Positions 28,312-32,000 of a stretch of 32,000 bases of DNA are shown piece after piece; positions within the stretch are counted from its first letter, which is position 1, and each line of letters opens with the position of its first letter. A program made the position numbers and the translations under genes. Source of the stretch: an uncultured Chloroflexia bacterium (GTDB lineage Bacteria > Chloroflexota > Ktedonobacteria > Ktedonobacterales > JADMIN01); NCBI GenBank assembly GCA_963718915.1, contig CAVRAI010000013.1, positions 390,001-422,000 on the forward strand. Reading direction: 5' to 3'. The notes beneath the pieces were generated by a model. The model was not told where the DNA came from. It made no database searches and worked only from the letters and a program-made list of their open reading frames with translations.

Positions 28312-29637
28312 ATGACCACACCGCAGGTTTTCGTCAGCCATAATCATAACGATAACGACTATTGTCGCGCGTTCGTGGAGGCGCTGCGCCAGGCGCTGAG
28401 CGACGCTCGCGACGCCGTCTGGTACGACGAACATAATCTCGGCTGGGGCGCCTTGCAACAGGTGATCGATCAGGAGCTGCTCAAACGCCAGCACTTTATC
28501 GCGATTCTCAGCCCGAACGCGGTTGCCTCGGACTGGGTGAAGACAGAGATCTATGCCGCGCTGGAGTTACTGCGTAAGGGGAAGATGCGCACGTTCCAGT
28601 TGGTCTTGGCGGCTCCCTGCGATGTGTCAGCGGTATCACCAACGCTGGGCGGCTACAAGCGCATCGAGCAGTCAGGCGGGGCGGCATTTCCACCAGCGGC
28701 AGCCGCCATGCGGGCATGTCGGGTGATTCTCGACGTTCATGGTGGCGATCCGCTACCACCACCTCCACCGCGAGAGACATTGCCGCCACTCGGCCCAGCG
28801 CCCGCGCCCGCCAACAGCGCGCCCGCGCACCATCTGACACCTAAACCCTACTATGACCTCGGCTTTCGCGGCTACACCATCGGCGGCGTCGAGTGCATCC
28901 TGCCGCCGATCTGCCCAGTACCCGCAGGCGTCTTCACGATGGGCAGCGACACGAGCCGCGACAAAGCAGGCACGATGACGACGAGACGCCGCAGTATCCG
29001 GTCGAGGTGGACGGCTTCGCCATCGGCCAGCACCCCGTCACCGTCGCCGAATACGCCTGCGCAGTGCGTGCAAAGGCGGTGCGAGAGTCGCAAACAAGCG
29101 CTATTTCTAAGGTACGAAGGTAGACTGGGCGACAGCAGCAGACGCATCCTGACCATCCGGTGGTCTGTGTCGCCTGGAACGACGCCATGGCCTACGCGCC
29201 TGGCTGGCGAAGCGACGGGCCAGCCCTGGCGGCTGCCGAGCGAGGCGGAGTGGGAGAAGGCGGCGCGCGGCGACTGGATGGGCGCATCTATCCCTGGGGC
29301 GATACGTTCGACAAGGCGCGCTGTAACACCCGTGAGAGCGGCATTGGGACGACCACACCCGTCGGTCGTTATCCCAACGGCGAGAGTCCCTATCACGTCC
29401 AGGACATGGCGGGCAACGTCTGGGAGTGGACGAGCAGCCTGTACCAGCCCTATCCCTACCGCAAAAACGACGGGCGAGAGAATCTCAATTCTACTGAGAA
29501 TCGAGTGCTGCGTGGCGGCTCATGGAGCAACGGTTCTCCGTGGACGCGCGCGGCCTACCGCAACGTCCGCAGGCCGGACTACTTCCTCTACGGCGTGAGG
29601 GTTCCGTCTGGCGCGTGCGGCGGCTGGTTCAGCATAA
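28312..29637 (+). pseudogene. TIR domain + FGE-sulfatase (SUMF1-like) domain fusion protein; the FGE half is broken by multiple indels as sequenced
   Basis: The ATG at 28312 is preceded by GGAGGAAACG. TIR: MTTPQVFVSHNHNDNDYCRAFVEAL...HFIAILSPNAVASDWVKTEIYAALEL, intact in one frame. A Pro-rich linker follows. FGE-sulfatase signatures are scattered over all three frames: PAGVFTMGSD (frame 1); DDDETPQYPVEVDGFAIGQHPVTVAEYACAV (frame 0, then TAG at 29124); HPVVCVAWNDAMAYA (0); WLAK (2); ATGQPWRLPSEAEWEKAARG (1); DGRIYPWGDTFD...TTPVG...DMAGNVWEWT...VLRGGSW (0); GFRLARAAAGSA-stop at 29635-29637 (1). Confidence 0.8.
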
Positions 29638-29645
29638 CGGCGCGG

Positions 29646-29699
29646 GCGGTTGAAATCGCGCCTGAACGGCCTTCGGTCACAAAGCCTGCCTCCGCAGGC
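29646..29699 (+). repeat. Third (solo) copy of the 28034-type repeat unit, immediately after the TIR-FGE gene
   Basis: GGCGGTTGAAATCGCGCCTGAACGGCCTTCGGTCACAAAGCCTGCCTCCGCAGGC aligns with 28034-28096, with a few substitutions and a 9-nt gap. It has the same internal hairpin, GCCTGC-ctcc-GCAGGC. Confidence 0.8.
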
Positions 29700-29759
29700 T
29701 GCAGAGCGCGCTTCAACAGTGTGTCTGATGGCAACATGCCCGTAGGGGTAGCGCGCCGT

Positions 29760-29858
29760 AGGCTGAAGCCCACGGCTAATCATGATCGTTCGATACCCTC
29801 TCCATTGGTCAGCATAGCCGCTCATGCAAGGATTAGCCGCAGGTCTTCAGCCTGCGGC
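29760..29858. repeat. REP/MITE-like element (copy B, inverted relative to copy A at 15615-15712), between the TIR-FGE gene and uvrC
   Basis: AGGCTGAAGCCCACGGCTAATC (29760-29781) and GATTAGCCGCAGGTCTTCAGCCT (29831-29853) are inverted partners 49 nt apart. The hairpin GCCGCAGG-tcttcag-CCTGCGGC (29836-29858) has a stem identical to 15616-15638. The reverse complement of 29831-29858 matches 15615-15642 at 26 of 28 positions. Confidence 0.75.
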
Positions 29859-29892
29859 CCGCCCACCCTAGCACCCTGTTCAGGGCTAATTC

Positions 29893-31992
29893 TTAACGTT
29901 CATTAACCGCCAGCCGACTCCTCCTCGTCGCAATCGCCCGGCCGTTGCCGATATGCTCCAGCACACGCTCGGCGGCGTCGCGGGTCATGCCCGTCCACCG
30001 CTAGCAGCTCGTCGAGGGATGGCGGCGGCGATGGCGCGCGCCGAGCCAAAGCGCTTGATGAGCGCCTTCTTGCGCTTCGGCCCGATGCCCGGAATATCAT
30101 CCAGCACCGATTTGAACGTGCGTTTCGAGCGCACCTGCCGATGGTAGGTGATGGCGAAACGGTGGGCCTCGTCGCGGACGCGCTGGAGCAGATACAGTCC
30201 CTGCGAGCCACGCGGCAGCACCAGCGGCTCCGGCTGGCCGACGAGATAAATCTCCTCGTAGGTGCCAATCGCGCCGTGGTTCTCCTTGGCGATGCCAATC
30301 ACCGGCACGCCCACCGGCAACTCCGCGATCACCTCCATCGCCGCGTTCAACTGCGGCTTGCCGCCGTCCACGATCACCAGATCGGGAAGCTGGCTCCATG
30401 GGTCGCCCGCCATATCGGCGCTCGCTCCCGGCCTCATCGGGTAGCGTCTCCTGCTCCGGCTCGAACGTCTTCTGCCGTGTCGGAGCCTTCGGCCAACCTC
30501 GTCATCGCTACAGCTTCGCGTCCTCGTCATCCGCCTCACTGGCTGGCGCGTCTGTGGCGAAGAGGCGCTTGAAGCGGCGGCGTAGCACCTCTTGCAGGCT
30601 GGCGACATCGTTCGAGCCTTCGACCGTCTTGATGCGGAAGCGGCGATAGTCGCTGCTCTTGGGCCGCCCATCCTCCAGCACGACCATCGAGCCAACCGAC
30701 GATGTGCCCGAGATATTGGAGATGTCGTAGCACTCGATGCGGTGCGGCGTCGTCGGCAGGTTCAGCGCCTCGCGCAGCTCGTCGAGCGCCAGCGCCGTCT
30801 TCTGCGAGTCCGAGAGCCACTTGATGCGCTGCTGCTCCAGCACCTCGCGCGCGTTCTGCGCCACCATCTCCACCAGCCGCAGCTTCTCGCCGCGCTGTGG
30901 CACGATCAGCGTCACCGCGCCGCCGCGCTTCTGCCGCAGCCACTGCCGCAGCGCCTCGGCGTCATCCGGCTCGGCGGCCAGCACCAGCTCGCCGGGAATA
31001 TGCGGCGCGGTATCGTAGAACTGCTGCAGGAACGACGACATGATCTCGCTCGTGGGCGTCTCGCGCGTGCCCTGCAAGATGAAATATTCGCGCCCGACCA
31101 GCTTGCCGCCGCGGAAGAAGAAGACCTGCGCGCAGGTCTCGTCGTCGCCATCGGCCAGCGCCACCACATCCTGGTCGCCGGGGCCGGTCGTGTGGATGAT
31201 CTTCTGCTTCTCCAGCACCTGCTCCACCGCCTGCATGCGGTCGCGCAAGGACGCCGCCCGCTCGAACTCCAGGTTTTCCGCCGCCTCCTCCATCTGGCGG
31301 CGTAGGTCAGCCAGCACCGCCTCGTGCTTGCCTTCGAGGAAGAGCAGCACCTGCTCGATGACCGCGTCGTACTGCTCGCGCGAGACATTGCCCACACACG
31401 GCGCGCCACAGCGATGGATGAAATACTGCGTGCAGGGGCGCGGCAGGTACTTCAGTTTCCACTCCGGCGGCGGATTCTCCTCACGGCCTCGCGGCGGCGC
31501 CCAGGTCGCGCCATCGTAGCGGCAGGTGCGGAAGGGGAAGATTTTGTTCATCAGGTCGAGAGTAGCGTCCACATTGCCTGAGTTCGTATACGGGCCGAAG
31601 TAGCGGTTGCCGTCGCGCCGGAAGTTGCGGACGCGATAGACGCGCGGGAAATCTTCGGTCAGCGCAACCTTGATGTACGGATAGTTCTTGTCGTCGCGCA
31701 GACGCACGTTGTATTTGGGCTGATAGCGCTTGATGTACTCGTTTTCGAGAATCAGCGCCTCAACCTCGCTGCCCACGACGATGTATTCGATATCGGCAAT
31801 CTTGGCGACGAGCGCGCGATTCTTCGGACTCAGATCAGCGGGATCACCAAAATATGAGCGCACCCGTGAGTAGAGCGAGGTCGCCTTGCCCACGTAAAGC
31901 ACCGTGCCCTCGGCATCCTTGTGCAGATAGATGCCGGGCTTGTGCGGCAGCGACTTGAGAACTGCCTGGAGCGTCTCGGAGAGTTCGGGCAT
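29893..31992 (-). pseudogene. uvrC: Excinuclease ABC subunit C; the N-terminal 494 codons are intact and the 3' third is split over three frames as sequenced
   Basis: ORF 30508-31992 carries GIY-YIG (PGIYLHKDAEGTVLYVGKATSL...YI), the Cys-rich region, the UVR domain (FERAASLRDRMQAVE) and more. It then ends in TAG-CGA-TGA at about 30505-30513. The endonuclease part ([17 protein letters not shown]...[14 protein letters not shown]...[18 protein letters not shown]) lies in a second frame (29985-30695). The HhH tail needs two further shifts (...AIAAAS|LDELLAVDG|[13 protein letters not shown]) at about 30015 and 29975. Confidence 0.9.
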
Positions 31993-32000
31993 CCTTAAAA

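Noticed and set aside
28273-29598. The 441-aa ORF taken at face value as one protein
   Set aside because: Only its first ~220 codons (from ATG 28312) make sense, as the TIR domain plus linker. Beyond about 28967 this frame is mostly out of register with the FGE-sulfatase motifs, which are distributed over all three frames. The gene model has to be frame-corrected, ending at 29637.
30592-31305. 237-aa plus-strand ORF, and other 90-165-aa ORFs inside 30.5-31.6 kb
   Set aside because: They are antisense to, or out of frame with, the intact uvrC N-terminal ORF and have Arg/Leu/Ala-rich shadow composition.
1-32000. Search for CRISPR arrays, rRNA, transposase/integrase genes and prophage modules
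   Set aside because: No regularly spaced direct repeats, no rRNA signatures and no DDE, serine or tyrosine recombinase motifs were seen in any frame. The repeats found are short palindromic or MITE-like units only.

Overview
GC-rich bacterial chromosomal window. The taxon cannot be assigned from sequence alone, though the domain repertoire looks Chloroflexota- or Actinobacteria-like. Most long genes lie on the minus strand, and almost every long ORF on the opposite strand is a GC-driven antisense shadow. Supported content, in order: (1) a transglycosylase-like fragment and a LysM/M23 peptidase. (2) A five-gene copper operon on the minus strand: csoR, copA, copZ, a second atypical P1B ATPase and a YHS protein, with a CsoR-type palindromic operator over the -10. 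(3) A C39-like peptidase-domain membrane protein. (4) tRNA-Gly(CCC). (5) A LuxR/NarL response regulator with a cytoplasmic PAS-PAS-GAF HisKA_3 kinase. (6) A T-box leader with terminator in front of leuS. (7) An orphan NarL-type regulator, a polytopic membrane protein, a DUF3090-like protein and an MFS transporter. (8) An ~800-bp stretch with no convincing gene. (9) prmC, a DUF4012-like giant membrane protein and a small HxxEH protein. (10) An HD-GYP protein. (11) The accessory-looking part: a MoxR AAA+ ATPase, a composite palindromic repeat, a TIR plus FGE-sulfatase-domain fusion gene, more dispersed repeats, then uvrC. The most interesting locus is MoxR / TIR-FGE at about 26.9-29.7 kb, a candidate effector-sensor conflict gene bracketed by MITE/REP-like repeats. 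An important caveat: moxR, the FGE half of the TIR gene and the 3' third of uvrC are all broken by indels within about 3 kb, while everything else in the window is intact. This points to a local sequence-quality problem at least as much as to real decay. No CRISPR array, rRNA, transposase or integrase was seen.
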